Below, in pieces: positions 29,296-39,042 of a stretch of DNA of 61,831 nucleotides. The notes below the pieces were generated by a model, which did no database searches, was not told the origin of the DNA, and saw only the letters and a list, made by a program, of their open reading frames with translations. This stretch comes from Candidatus Omnitrophota bacterium (GTDB taxonomy: Bacteria > Omnitrophota > Gorgyraeia > Duberdicusellales > 4484-171): positions 1 through 61,831 of the forward strand of contig JAHKAJ010000012.1 of the NCBI GenBank assembly GCA_018826075.1, read 5' to 3'. A program made the position numbers and the translations under genes. The first letter of the stretch is position 1. Each line of letters starts with the position of its first letter.

Positions 29296-29374
29296 GGGGT
29301 CGTCGATTAGCCTGGTTTAAGTCCCCTGCCTGTCACGCAGGTGACCGTGGGTTCAAATCCCATCGACCCCGCCA
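29296..29374 (+). tRNA. tRNA-Asp(GTC)
   Basis: GGGGTCG acceptor stem, CCTGC-CT GTC AC-GCAGG anticodon arm, encoded CCA. Confidence 0.93.
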
Positions 29375-29392
29375 GCTTTCTTACATACGAGC

Positions 29393-29821
29393 ATGATATT
29401 TTTTTTTATTTTCAGCTTAATTTTTAACTCATTCCTTTTCACTTCAGCCAACGCTTCAGATAAACAAAACAAGGTTTGTTTTCAAGATAAATGCTTTTCG
29501 GTAGAGCTAGCAATGACTCCCGAGGCACGTACACAGGGCCTGATGTTTCGAAATGAACTGGGCCCGCAAGAAGGAATGTTGTTTATTTTTCCTACCGAAG
29601 AGATCTATCCGTTTTGGATGAAAAATACTTATATAGCTTTGGATATAATCTGGTTGAATAAAAGCAAAGAAGTAGTTTTTGTTAAAGAAGGCGCAGAGCC
29701 CTGCAGCGAAGAAAGTTGCCCGGTCATTCACCCCGATCGAAAAGCGCTTTATGTTTTAGAAGTAATAGCCGGTACAGTGAGGAATGAGGGGTTAAAAGTG
29801 GGGGACAGTTTCAGTTTTTGA
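29393..29821 (+). CDS. DUF192 family exported protein
   Basis: Signal peptide, VELAMTPEARTQGLMFR, GMLFIF, FWMKNT, YVLEV. Confidence 0.9.
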   Translation: MIFFFIFSLIFNSFLFTSANASDKQNKVCFQDKCFSVELAMTPEARTQGLMFRNELGPQEGMLFIFPTEEIYPFWMKNTYIALDIIWLNKSKEVVFVKEGAEPCSEESCPVIHPDRKALYVLEVIAGTVRNEGLKVGDSFSF

Positions 29822-29844
29822 AGCAAAGGATAACAAGAAAGACA

Positions 29845-30975
29845 ATGGGCATTAGAAAAAAAATTAAATCCAACAATAAAATCGTGATTGTCGGGGCCGG
29901 CCCAACCGGTTGCTATTTAGGACAGCTTTTGAAGGGCAAAGGTTTCGATCTCTTACTCATCGAGGAGCACAAGGAGATAGGCCGGCCGGTTCATTGTGCT
30001 GGCCTGATTGGTGAGAAGGTTTTTAAAGAAGCCAAAATTCTGGTTTCCCCTAAATGTATTCTAAATACGATTAACGGGGCAATTCTCCATTTAGGAGAGG
30101 AAGCTTTTACCCTTAGGAAAGATAATGTTGCTTATGTGGTTGACCGGGAAGTGTTTGACAAAAGTTTAGGTAAAGACTTAAACATACTTTTTGAGACAAA
30201 ATTTATAGGGTTAGAGAAGGAAAACGGCCGCTATGTTATCGAAACCGACAAAGGAGAAATATCAGCCGATATTGTTATCGGTGCCGATGGCGCTAACTCA
30301 ATGGTGCGGGAATTTGTGGTCGGAAAGTCTCAAAGCTTCCAGCTTAAAGGAGTCCAATTTCGCATGGCTCATAAACCAAACCAAAAGGATCTGGTAGAAG
30401 TCTACATAAAACGGCCTTATTTTTATTGGATAATACCAGAGTCAGAACAGGTGATCCGGGTCGGTGTGATTTCTCAGAATCCTTACCAGGACCTCCTGTC
30501 TTTTGTTAAAAAGCAGAAAATAAACGGGGAAATAATTGAAAAGTTTGCCGGGGCCGTACCCCTAAATTACTACAAGGCATTATCCCGTGAGAAAGTATTT
30601 TTAGTCGGTGACAGCGCTGCTCAGACCAAACCTTTAACTTACGGCGGGATTTATATGGGGATGCGTGGAGCCGAGATATTGGCCGAATGTATTATTGAAA
30701 AAAAGTTTTCTAACTACTCTTCTCTTTGGATGCAGAAATTCGGCCGAGAGTTAAAAGTGCCGCTGAAAGCGCGAAGAATATTTCAGGAACTAAGCGATAA
30801 AGATGTTAAGAGGATATTTTCCTTTGCCAGAAAAAATATACCGGTCATTGAACGCAAAGGGGATTTTGAACACCACTCAGCCTTAATTTGGGAACTGCTG
30901 CGGAATCCGGACAATCCACGAGAGCTAACCGCAATTCTTTTTAAGATACTTAAAGCCAACCTGCGCAGCAACTAA
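29845..30975 (+). CDS. Geranylgeranyl reductase family FAD oxidoreductase
   Basis: IVGAGPTG, PVHCAGLI, DREVFD, IGADGANS, VGDSAAQTKPLTYGGI. Confidence 0.85.
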   Translation: MGIRKKIKSNNKIVIVGAGPTGCYLGQLLKGKGFDLLLIEEHKEIGRPVHCAGLIGEKVFKEAKILVSPKCILNTINGAILHLGEEAFTLRKDNVAYVVDREVFDKSLGKDLNILFETKFIGLEKENGRYVIETDKGEISADIVIGADGANSMVREFVVGKSQSFQLKGVQFRMAHKPNQKDLVEVYIKRPYFYWIIPESEQVIRVGVISQNPYQDLLSFVKKQKINGEIIEKFAGAVPLNYYKALSREKVFLVGDSAAQTKPLTYGGIYMGMRGAEILAECIIEKKFSNYSSLWMQKFGRELKVPLKARRIFQELSDKDVKRIFSFARKNIPVIERKGDFEHHSALIWELLRNPDNPRELTAILFKILKANLRSN

Positions 30976-31010
30976 TAGCTATAGCTAAAGAGGTGTATTC
31001 TGAACGGTTT

Positions 31011-31070
31011 TCTATTTTAACAATAGTTAGTAATAGTTAATAAAGGATAACTTTAGATAGCTTTTATTAA
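31011..31070. promoter_or_regulatory. Phased 10-bp direct-repeat array upstream of the HTH gene
   Basis: Six consecutive decamers each ending W-T-A-R, including the AATAGTTA tandem pair. Confidence 0.5.
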
Positions 31071-31132
31071 AAAAAGCATTGTTTATTGACTTTTATAGAA
31101 GAATGTGCTATTTGTAGAATATCGGAGGCTAA

Positions 31133-31372
31133 ATGAAACTTAAAAATACAAAGCGAAAACCGTCTGGACGTTCGCAGATTATGACGCCCAAGGAAGCGGC
31201 TAAGTATCTAGGGTTGCACCCAATCACAGTTTATCGGCTCATAAAGAAGGGGCAGCTTCCCGGGTTTAAGCTTGGCGGGCAGTGGCGGTTTAAAAAAGAT
31301 TTGCTCGACTCCTGGATAGCAAGCAAAATAAATAAAGACAGCGAACAAAAGGATGGAACCGCGAGCATTTAA
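31133..31372 (+). CDS. Excisionase/HTH_17 (Xis/BldC-like) DNA-binding protein
   Basis: MTPKEAAKYLGLHPITVYRLIKKGQLPGFKLGGQWRFKK. Confidence 0.9.
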   Translation: MKLKNTKRKPSGRSQIMTPKEAAKYLGLHPITVYRLIKKGQLPGFKLGGQWRFKKDLLDSWIASKINKDSEQKDGTASI

Positions 31373-33203
31373 ATTTATGGTAAAGAAAACAAGATTTTAT
31401 TTAAATGTAGTGCGGTTAATACAATTTTTCCACAAGGTAGATGTCCGCCTATCGCATTTTATTCTTCCATTGGTTTTATCTTTAGGGGCAGCCTTATTCG
31501 AGGGTATCAGCATAACACTTCTGATCCCTACGGTAAGAGGGATTATTAAAATGGATTTCAGTTTTGTCAAAGAAATTCCTATTCTAAAAAATATTGTGGC
31601 GCAAGCCCCACAGATGTTTGCTGTGACAAATACTTCAATATTTGTATTGCTTTTAGCAATGATCGCTGCTGCGGCAATAACAAAAAATATTCTACAATAT
31701 CTATCTGCCGTGGGTATGGCACATCAGGTGAGAAAGCTTTCCAATCAACTAAGAAAGAATATTTTTAAGCGTTATCTTAGCTTTGGGAAGCAGTATTTTG
31801 ACTATAACAATACAGGAAGTCTTAACCAGGTGCTTATAGGCTTTACTAATGCGGTTGCCAGCCAGGTTATGATTTTGGAGTCTTCACTTACTTCGGTATT
31901 TATACTTGTTGCATATCTAGTCATAATGTTGGTAATTTCATGGAAGTTGACAATCTTCGTAATGCTTATTTTCCCTTTGGTAGCCTATTCCTCGAAATGG
32001 GTTATCGAGAAGATTAAAAAAAGCTCGATGATCTGGGCCGAAGCCCACACCATTTTGGGTAGAAGAATTTTCAATACATTATCCGGCATACTTTTAGTTA
32101 AAGCCTATGTTACAGAAGATAGTGAGGAGGAGCAGTTTAATGATGCCAGCAATGCCATAAAAGAGCTAGAATCTAATATTGACAAAAAGCGTTGCTTAGT
32201 GCCTTTGGTCCACGAAATCATTGCTTTGGTAATGCTTTTGTTGTTTATCGCCGCCATTGCTTTTTTGGTTGTGAAAAAGGGGTCAGGCGATGTAGCGATT
32301 TTTGCGGTATATATCATTATTGTCAGAAGAGTTTTTACTTACTCAAAGGAGTCGAGTTCGGTCAGGGTTTCTCTAGCCAACATGGAGGGCCCAATGAGAA
32401 ATATATTGAAAGTTTTTGATGATCAAGATAAGTTTTTTGTGATCGGCGGCAAAAAAGAGTTTAAGGGGATAAACAAAAGTATAGAATTTAATCATTTAAA
32501 TTTTTCTTATAAAAAAAGAGCCCAAATATTGAAGGACATCAGCTTTTCTGTCGAAAAGGACGAAATGACTGCAATGGTCGGTCCGACCGGGGCCGGCAAA
32601 ACAACACTGATTAATCTTATTTTGCGTTTTTATGACTGCCCATCTTCAGCAATCCTGGTTGACGGCATTGATATAAGAGAGTTTACGGTTAAATCCTTAA
32701 GAGCAGGTATAGCGTTGGTGAACCAGGAACCTTTACTTTTTAACGACACCCTTAGAAAGAATATGACCTATGGGTTAAAGAGGGAATGCCCAGATGAAGA
32801 ATTAATGACCATTGCTGAGAAGGCAAGACTGCATGAATTCATTTTGAAATTACCGAAAAGATTGGATACGGTGATAGGGGATAGGGGTGTCCAGTTATCA
32901 GGAGGAGAGAAGCAGAGGGTTTCTATAGCCCGGGCATTACTTAAAGATTCTGAGATTTTAATTTTAGACGAGGCGACCAGCTCTCTCGATACACATACCG
33001 AGAAGCTTTTGCAGGAGGCAGTCGGACAGCTGATCAAAGGCAGAACCACAATAACTATTGCCCATAGGCTTTCGACGATAAAAAACGCTGATAAAATAGT
33101 AGTCATAGAGGACGGTCGATTTGTGGAGCAAGGCAGCTTAAATCAACTGCTCAAGGAAAAAGGTAAATTTTACCGGTATTGGGAAGAGCAGAAGTTCTAT
33201 TGA
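31353..33203 (+). CDS. ABC exporter, fused TMD+NBD (PglK/MsbA/HepA-like flippase)
   Basis: Six TM segments, GPTGAGKTT, LSGGEKQR, ILDEATSSLD, IAHRLST. Start may be 31377. Confidence 0.92.
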   Translation: MEPRAFKFMVKKTRFYLNVVRLIQFFHKVDVRLSHFILPLVLSLGAALFEGISITLLIPTVRGIIKMDFSFVKEIPILKNIVAQAPQMFAVTNTSIFVLLLAMIAAAAITKNILQYLSAVGMAHQVRKLSNQLRKNIFKRYLSFGKQYFDYNNTGSLNQVLIGFTNAVASQVMILESSLTSVFILVAYLVIMLVISWKLTIFVMLIFPLVAYSSKWVIEKIKKSSMIWAEAHTILGRRIFNTLSGILLVKAYVTEDSEEEQFNDASNAIKELESNIDKKRCLVPLVHEIIALVMLLLFIAAIAFLVVKKGSGDVAIFAVYIIIVRRVFTYSKESSSVRVSLANMEGPMRNILKVFDDQDKFFVIGGKKEFKGINKSIEFNHLNFSYKKRAQILKDISFSVEKDEMTAMVGPTGAGKTTLINLILRFYDCPSSAILVDGIDIREFTVKSLRAGIALVNQEPLLFNDTLRKNMTYGLKRECPDEELMTIAEKARLHEFILKLPKRLDTVIGDRGVQLSGGEKQRVSIARALLKDSEILILDEATSSLDTHTEKLLQEAVGQLIKGRTTITIAHRLSTIKNADKIVVIEDGRFVEQGSLNQLLKEKGKFYRYWEEQKFY

Positions 33204-33319
33204 TCCAAAGATAATCCAGAGATGGTCAAGTCAAAAGCAGCAATAATTTTTTTATACTACTGGGCGTTGCGCTGGTAATCAGCAAAGCAGTTATTTCCCA
33301 AAACCTAAGAGTATTATAT

Positions 33320-34657
33320 TTGATTTTAGGTCTTGGTGCCTTTGCCGGCAGCCTGGCTATCGTTAAAAGAATAGGCGCATTTCCTCTTTTTTGCATCTTG
33401 GTTTTTATTTACTGGCTGCCATTGGATTCAAGGCTGCGAACTTTCTCCCCGGTATTAGGTGAGTTATATCTAACTGAACTAGGCATATGGGTATTGTTTT
33501 TAGGGATGCTGGTCCATAGAGGCATTTCTAGGAATATTCAAGACAATGCCAGCTTGAACAAATTTCTCTTTTTACCTTTTTTGTTTTTTATCGGAGGCGC
33601 CTTACTTACATATTCAGTAACGGAATACAACGGCGAATCTTCACTTACACAAATCCGATTTTTTTGTATTTTACCGGCGTTATTTTATTCCTTATGTTTA
33701 TATTTGATTAAGACCGTCAGGCAAGCAGAACGCTTGCTTTGGGTTTTTTTGATTTCGGCTGGATTGCTTGGTTTAATCTTTCTCTATGCACCACAACTAC
33801 CTACCTATGAATTTGAAATCTTGCATGCCGAGTTGCTGGAAAAGGAACGCATGATGAAGATAATTAAAGTACCCTTATGTAATGTTTTATTTATGGGGTC
33901 TGAAGTCACCCCCATAAATTATGCCTTCATAGCGGCCTTAGCATTTAACTTTTGGTTAAACCACCCTTCTTTTTGGAAGCGTTTACTAGCGAGTGGTCTT
34001 TTATTGATATCGGCTTTGGTAATCATCAAGGCGCAGGGGAGGATGGGGTTGGTTGCCAGCGCGGTCGCGGTGACAGCAATAACAACGTTAACCGTAGTAG
34101 GTAAAAAATATTCCCCAGCCTCGTTTACTAAAACTCTATGGAAAATAGGGATTGCGGTTTTTATTCTATTTTTTGGTTTTTGGTATTATGCAAACATTTC
34201 GACGGGAGTTGTCCAACAACGGGTTTTGGAGACTTTTGCTGATCCGAGCCAGGCGCCTGGCTTGGCTGATCGTTTCTGGCGATGGAAAGAATCGTTTCTT
34301 GTGGTTTTAAAACACCCCTTTTTTGGTGTAGGTCCAGAAGGATTTCAAAAATTTGGTTACATCCATTCTTGGTTTGCCCATAATTTATACTTATATCTAT
34401 GGCTTTCTTTTGGGATCAGCGGCCTTATCGGATTCCTGTGGATTTTTGTTCGTTTCACAAAAGCTTGTTGGGTGGTTTTACGCCCAGCTAATTCTGATTG
34501 CCAAATTTTAGCTATTGGAGGAATAGCTTGTGTTATTGTTTTGTTGGCTGCCGGGATAACCTCTTCTACCTTTATGATTTCTGTTTGGCAGTCATTGATG
34601 TTTTGGATACCCTTCGGCACTATTTTTGCTGCGGCTAACTTACGAGGCGAACATTAA
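33320..34657 (+). CDS. O-antigen ligase/polymerase family (Wzy_C/WaaL-like) membrane protein
   Basis: Polytopic; QGRMG, RFWRWKESF...HPFFGVG, AHNLYL. The true start may be 33222 via a frameshift. Confidence 0.85.
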   Translation: MILGLGAFAGSLAIVKRIGAFPLFCILVFIYWLPLDSRLRTFSPVLGELYLTELGIWVLFLGMLVHRGISRNIQDNASLNKFLFLPFLFFIGGALLTYSVTEYNGESSLTQIRFFCILPALFYSLCLYLIKTVRQAERLLWVFLISAGLLGLIFLYAPQLPTYEFEILHAELLEKERMMKIIKVPLCNVLFMGSEVTPINYAFIAALAFNFWLNHPSFWKRLLASGLLLISALVIIKAQGRMGLVASAVAVTAITTLTVVGKKYSPASFTKTLWKIGIAVFILFFGFWYYANISTGVVQQRVLETFADPSQAPGLADRFWRWKESFLVVLKHPFFGVGPEGFQKFGYIHSWFAHNLYLYLWLSFGISGLIGFLWIFVRFTKACWVVLRPANSDCQILAIGGIACVIVLLAAGITSSTFMISVWQSLMFWIPFGTIFAAANLRGEH

Positions 34658-35337
34658 TGAATATTTTTAACTTCAAGAAAGCAAATAGTTTCTTTGCCCA
34701 AACTCGCAAAAAGAGAGCAAAATGGGCCAAACGCTTGTTAGAAAAATGGGAAAAAATGCATGTTTCCTTTTTTGATCATCGGATAGATGAGTTGAACTGG
34801 CCAGAAAACATATTTTGGATAGAACGAGGAGCCTTTGCCCGATTATACATGGATAAGGGGGCTAAAATTCTTGATTTATGTTGCGGCGATGGGTATTTCA
34901 GTGAAATTTTTTGGGTTCCTGCGGCAAGCCATATCGATGCTGTTGATAGAAACAATAAGGCTTTAACACTTGCGAAGTGCGAGCATCCGCACCTGGTCAT
35001 TACACACCATAAAATAGACATTCTAAGAGAGCCATTCCCCGATTCCGGTTACGATATGGTGTGTTTTTTTGAAGCCATAGAACATTTTTCCTCGCAAAAC
35101 GCCGCAGGTATTTTGAAAGAAATTAAACAGTCTCTTAAGCCAGGTGGCGTTTTGGTTGGTTCCACACCGCTTATTGAACCAGAGATGAGAGGCAAGGGTA
35201 ATTTTGAGCATGCAAATGAATTTATAGAAAGCCATAGCTTAGAGACTTTCCTGGCAGAAGTTTTTACAGATGTAGAAACATTTGAAACTTACCATCCAAA
35301 TCGCAAAACTATTTATTTCAAATGCAAGAAAACTTAA
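34657..35337 (+). CDS. Class I SAM-dependent methyltransferase
   Basis: ILDLCCGDG, FEAIEHF, LKPGGVLVGSTP. Confidence 0.88.
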   Translation: MNIFNFKKANSFFAQTRKKRAKWAKRLLEKWEKMHVSFFDHRIDELNWPENIFWIERGAFARLYMDKGAKILDLCCGDGYFSEIFWVPAASHIDAVDRNNKALTLAKCEHPHLVITHHKIDILREPFPDSGYDMVCFFEAIEHFSSQNAAGILKEIKQSLKPGGVLVGSTPLIEPEMRGKGNFEHANEFIESHSLETFLAEVFTDVETFETYHPNRKTIYFKCKKT

Positions 35338-36392
35338 TGAGTAGGTATCCCAAAGTTACCTTTGGTATTATTGTTCTTAACGGCGAACCGTTTACTAGTT
35401 ATTGCTTGCGGTCTTTATACCCCTTTGCTTATGAAATTATTGTGGTAGAGGGGGGTCATGAGGGCGCTAAAAAAATGTGTACGCATGATGGACACTCTAT
35501 AGATAGTACTTTAGAAAGTCTTTGGCGTTTTAAGAAAGAGGAAGACCCTGAGAATAAGGTGCAGATTGTTACTCGAGATGGTTTCTGGCCGAAGTTAGAC
35601 GAATTAGGAAGATGCAAAACCCCGCAGTCTCGAGCCTATGCAGAAAAGGCCACTGGCGATTATTTGTGGCAGGTGGATATTGATGAATTTTATAAACCCG
35701 AAGATATGCAAACTATTTTGAAGATGTTAGAAGATGATCCGGAAATTACTGCTGTATCTTTTAAGCAAATTACTTTTTGGGGCAACCCCAACTGCACGGT
35801 TGATGGGTGGCCTTTAAGGCGGGGAGAAGCTATTTATCATCGTCTGTTTAAGTGGGGGCCCGGCTATAGATATGTTACCCATCAACCGCCTACCATAGAT
35901 GATGAGAGGGGGCAAGATTTACGTTCACTCAAATGGGTCAAAGCTGAAACCTTAGCTAAGAAGAAAATATATATGTACCATTATTCGCTTTTATTTCCTT
36001 GGCAGGTTAAGCAGAAGGCACATGTGTATCAGGCCCAATCCCCGCAGGCATGCCCTGAGATTGTGAAGTGGGCCGAAAATAATTACTTTCGGATTAGTAA
36101 TCCTTATCGAGTTCATAATCTTTATCAATATCCCAGTTGGCTTGAGCGTTTCTCTGGTGACCACCCACCCCAAGTAAGACAGATGATGGAAGACATTCAT
36201 TCCGGAAAAGTCAAGACGGCTTTAAGACCCACAGACGATATCGAAGCTTTATTGAATTCCCGGTGGTATTCTTGCGGCAGATTCGCTCTGAAGATAGGGG
36301 ATTTAATGGATAGAAACTGGAAGCAAGCCTCGAGTATTATAAAAGGTGCCGTTCGAAAGATAATAAAAAAGATAATAGTGAAAAATAATTGA
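35337..36392 (+). CDS. GT2-like glycosyltransferase
   Basis: FGIIVLNGEPF, IIVVEG, WQVDIDEFY. Confidence 0.8.
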   Translation: MSRYPKVTFGIIVLNGEPFTSYCLRSLYPFAYEIIVVEGGHEGAKKMCTHDGHSIDSTLESLWRFKKEEDPENKVQIVTRDGFWPKLDELGRCKTPQSRAYAEKATGDYLWQVDIDEFYKPEDMQTILKMLEDDPEITAVSFKQITFWGNPNCTVDGWPLRRGEAIYHRLFKWGPGYRYVTHQPPTIDDERGQDLRSLKWVKAETLAKKKIYMYHYSLLFPWQVKQKAHVYQAQSPQACPEIVKWAENNYFRISNPYRVHNLYQYPSWLERFSGDHPPQVRQMMEDIHSGKVKTALRPTDDIEALLNSRWYSCGRFALKIGDLMDRNWKQASSIIKGAVRKIIKKIIVKNN

Positions 36393-36424
36393 AGAGTCAG
36401 AACAAGGCTGACATAGAGAATATT

Positions 36425-37696
36425 ATGCGCGTATTTTGGTTTAACAATATTTTATTTCCCGAGGCAGCTCAGTCCCTTGGTTTACCGCCTCCGGTTAGCG
36501 GCGGATGGATGCCGGCATTGGGACACGCCCTAAATGAAACTGGTAAAGTTCAATTAGCCGTAGCCACAGTAGTCAAAAAGCCCCTTTGGAGCAAAAAAGA
36601 GATAGACGGCATAATGCACTACACAATTCCTTTTCCCCAAGGAGGCCGTAAGGAAATTGATTTACGCCCCGGTAAAAAGCTTTTGGGAGATTGCCTAAAA
36701 GCGATAGAAGATTTTGCTCCTGATGTTGTGCATATTCATGGGACGGAGTATTTTTATGGGTTGCTTTCCGCAAAGAGTTTAATAAAATGTCCGGCTATTG
36801 TCTCAACCCAGGGCCTAATCAAAGAGTATGCTAAAGTTTATTGGGGAGAGCTGTCATTTAAAGAAGTTTTAAAATGCCAGTCACTATATGAGTTTATTAT
36901 AAGGTGTGGCAGCGGCCTATTACTGGATAGAAGAAGGTGGCATAAACGCGCTAAATATATGGAGCAGAAAATTATTAAAGGGAATCGCTATTTCATCGGG
37001 AGAACCCTTTGGGACAAGGCCCATCTGCTTGAGATCAATCCCACCGCAGATTACTATCATTGTGATGAGTTGCTAAGGCCGCCATTTTATTCAATACACT
37101 GGGAACCTAACCATATGGCCAAATATTCTATTTTTGCTGCCTCAGCTCGTTATCCGATCAAGGGTTTTCACTTGCTGTTAAAAGCCGCGGCAATGCTAAA
37201 GCGAGATTTTCCTGAAATGTCGATAAGGGTAGCAGATGGTTTAATTGGGAGGAGGCCGCGTCGGAAGACTTACAACACCTTGCTTTATGACTTGATTGAT
37301 TCATCAGGGCTTAAGGATTGCGTTGTCCCTTTAGGATTGCTTTCCGCTGAAGAAATGGCTAAAGAGATGTCTAAAGCTCACGCCGTAGTCATCCCTTCGT
37401 TTATCGAGAATAGCTCCAATAGCCTGGCAGAAGCAATGCTGGTGGGAGCGCCATGCGTAGCCTCTTTAGCTGGCGGGACCACTACTATGATCGATGACCG
37501 ACAAACCGCACTCGGTTTTCCGGCTGGGGATGCGGCAATGTTAGCTGAATGTCTGCGCATGATATTCAGCGATGATAAATTAGCTAACAATTTATCAAAA
37601 TCAGCTAAAGCTACGGCGCAAAAAAGGCATGATAAAAAAATAATTGTTAAAACAATGCTGCAGATTTACGAAGATGTAATAAAAAAGGGGCGGTAG
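36425..37696 (+). CDS. GT4 glycosyltransferase
   Basis: DVVHIHGTE, KGFHLLL, ENSSNSLAEAM. Confidence 0.88.
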   Translation: MRVFWFNNILFPEAAQSLGLPPPVSGGWMPALGHALNETGKVQLAVATVVKKPLWSKKEIDGIMHYTIPFPQGGRKEIDLRPGKKLLGDCLKAIEDFAPDVVHIHGTEYFYGLLSAKSLIKCPAIVSTQGLIKEYAKVYWGELSFKEVLKCQSLYEFIIRCGSGLLLDRRRWHKRAKYMEQKIIKGNRYFIGRTLWDKAHLLEINPTADYYHCDELLRPPFYSIHWEPNHMAKYSIFAASARYPIKGFHLLLKAAAMLKRDFPEMSIRVADGLIGRRPRRKTYNTLLYDLIDSSGLKDCVVPLGLLSAEEMAKEMSKAHAVVIPSFIENSSNSLAEAMLVGAPCVASLAGGTTTMIDDRQTALGFPAGDAAMLAECLRMIFSDDKLANNLSKSAKATAQKRHDKKIIVKTMLQIYEDVIKKGR

Positions 37697-39022
37697 GTGG
37701 AAATAAGCAAAAAATACCCTAAGGTGTTAATGGTAGGGCGAAATTATTTTTGCCGAGAAGAGGGTTGCGGAGTTACTATGGCCAACCTATTTAAAGGGTG
37801 GCCCAAAGATAGAATTGCCGTTGTTACATATGAAATAGACCCCTGTGAAGAGGAGATTTGTAATCGATCCTATCTCTTGGGATTTGATGAAATCCGGATG
37901 ATTTGGCCTTTTAGTTTATTTCAGAACAAAGTCATCTCCGGCATAATTACTTCTTATAAAGGGGAAAGAAAAGAAAAGCCGGCTTGTAGTTTTAGAAAAA
38001 AAAGTCTGTATTTGGTTCTAAAAAAAATTATAATAACATTTTTTAGTTTCCTTAGCCTCTACCCCTTACTAGTGGAAATAAGGATTTCCCATAAGTTACT
38101 AAAATTCATTGATGAATACAATCCTAATATCATCTATTCGCAATTAGCAAACCCGGTAGTAATCAGCCTGGTCAGTAGTTTGCATCATGCCAGAAAGGTG
38201 CCAATTGTTCTTTATATACAGGATGATTGGCCAAAGGTGATAGGCAAGATGGGGATTTTTCAGTTTTTTTTGAGCAGAAAGTTTGATCGGGAATTCCGAA
38301 ACTTAATAAACAAGGCTTCAGTTTTGATAGGGATATCAACAGCGATGTGCGGTGAATATAAGAAAAGGTACGGTCGGGAATTTTTGCCGTTTTCTAATCC
38401 CATCGAAACTGAAAAATGGCTGGTCTATTCAAAGACAAATTGGCAGGCAGGCAGCCCGTTTAAAATATTGTATGCCGGTAGAATCGGCAGGGTTAACACT
38501 CAAGCAATTTTTGATCTCTGCCAAGCAATAAGAAAGCTTAAGAGTAGAGGATTGGACTTAAGATTAGAAATTTACTCAAAGGATGTGGATTTTGCCAAGG
38601 CAAAAAAAAATAAAATTTCCGATGTGGCTAATATAAATAATCCTCTTGCCCATGAGGAAATGCCTCGTCTGTTAGCCAGCCAGGATCTACTATTTTTACC
38701 CCTTGATTTTGGTAGAAAGAATATCCTTTACACACAATACTCTATGTCAACCAAGATTTCTGAATATATGATTTCCGGAACCCCGATTCTTATTTATGCT
38801 AGCCCAAAAACTGCTTTGTATAAATATGCAGAGGCAGAGAAATTTGCGCATTTAGTCTCAGAAAGAAGCATTGATAAACTTTTAGAGGCCATTAAAGATT
38901 TATATGTAAATGAAGATTTACGTGAATCGTATGGCAAAAAGGCAAAAGAAGTAGCAATCAAAAATCACGATGCGACTATAGTAAGGAGTAATTTCAGAAA
39001 AGCTTTAACCCAACAAAGCTAA
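37697..39022 (+). CDS. GT-B fold (GT4-like) glycosyltransferase
   Basis: YIQDDWP, ILYAGRIG, TKISEYMISGTPIL. Confidence 0.82.
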   Translation: MEISKKYPKVLMVGRNYFCREEGCGVTMANLFKGWPKDRIAVVTYEIDPCEEEICNRSYLLGFDEIRMIWPFSLFQNKVISGIITSYKGERKEKPACSFRKKSLYLVLKKIIITFFSFLSLYPLLVEIRISHKLLKFIDEYNPNIIYSQLANPVVISLVSSLHHARKVPIVLYIQDDWPKVIGKMGIFQFFLSRKFDREFRNLINKASVLIGISTAMCGEYKKRYGREFLPFSNPIETEKWLVYSKTNWQAGSPFKILYAGRIGRVNTQAIFDLCQAIRKLKSRGLDLRLEIYSKDVDFAKAKKNKISDVANINNPLAHEEMPRLLASQDLLFLPLDFGRKNILYTQYSMSTKISEYMISGTPILIYASPKTALYKYAEAEKFAHLVSERSIDKLLEAIKDLYVNEDLRESYGKKAKEVAIKNHDATIVRSNFRKALTQQS

Positions 39023-39042
39023 CTCAAGGCAGAAAATGATGT

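Noticed and set aside
31133-31372. Prophage or ICE suggested by an excisionase-like gene near tRNAs
   Set aside because: I saw no integrase, phage genes or duplicated tRNA 3' end (att site) in the window.
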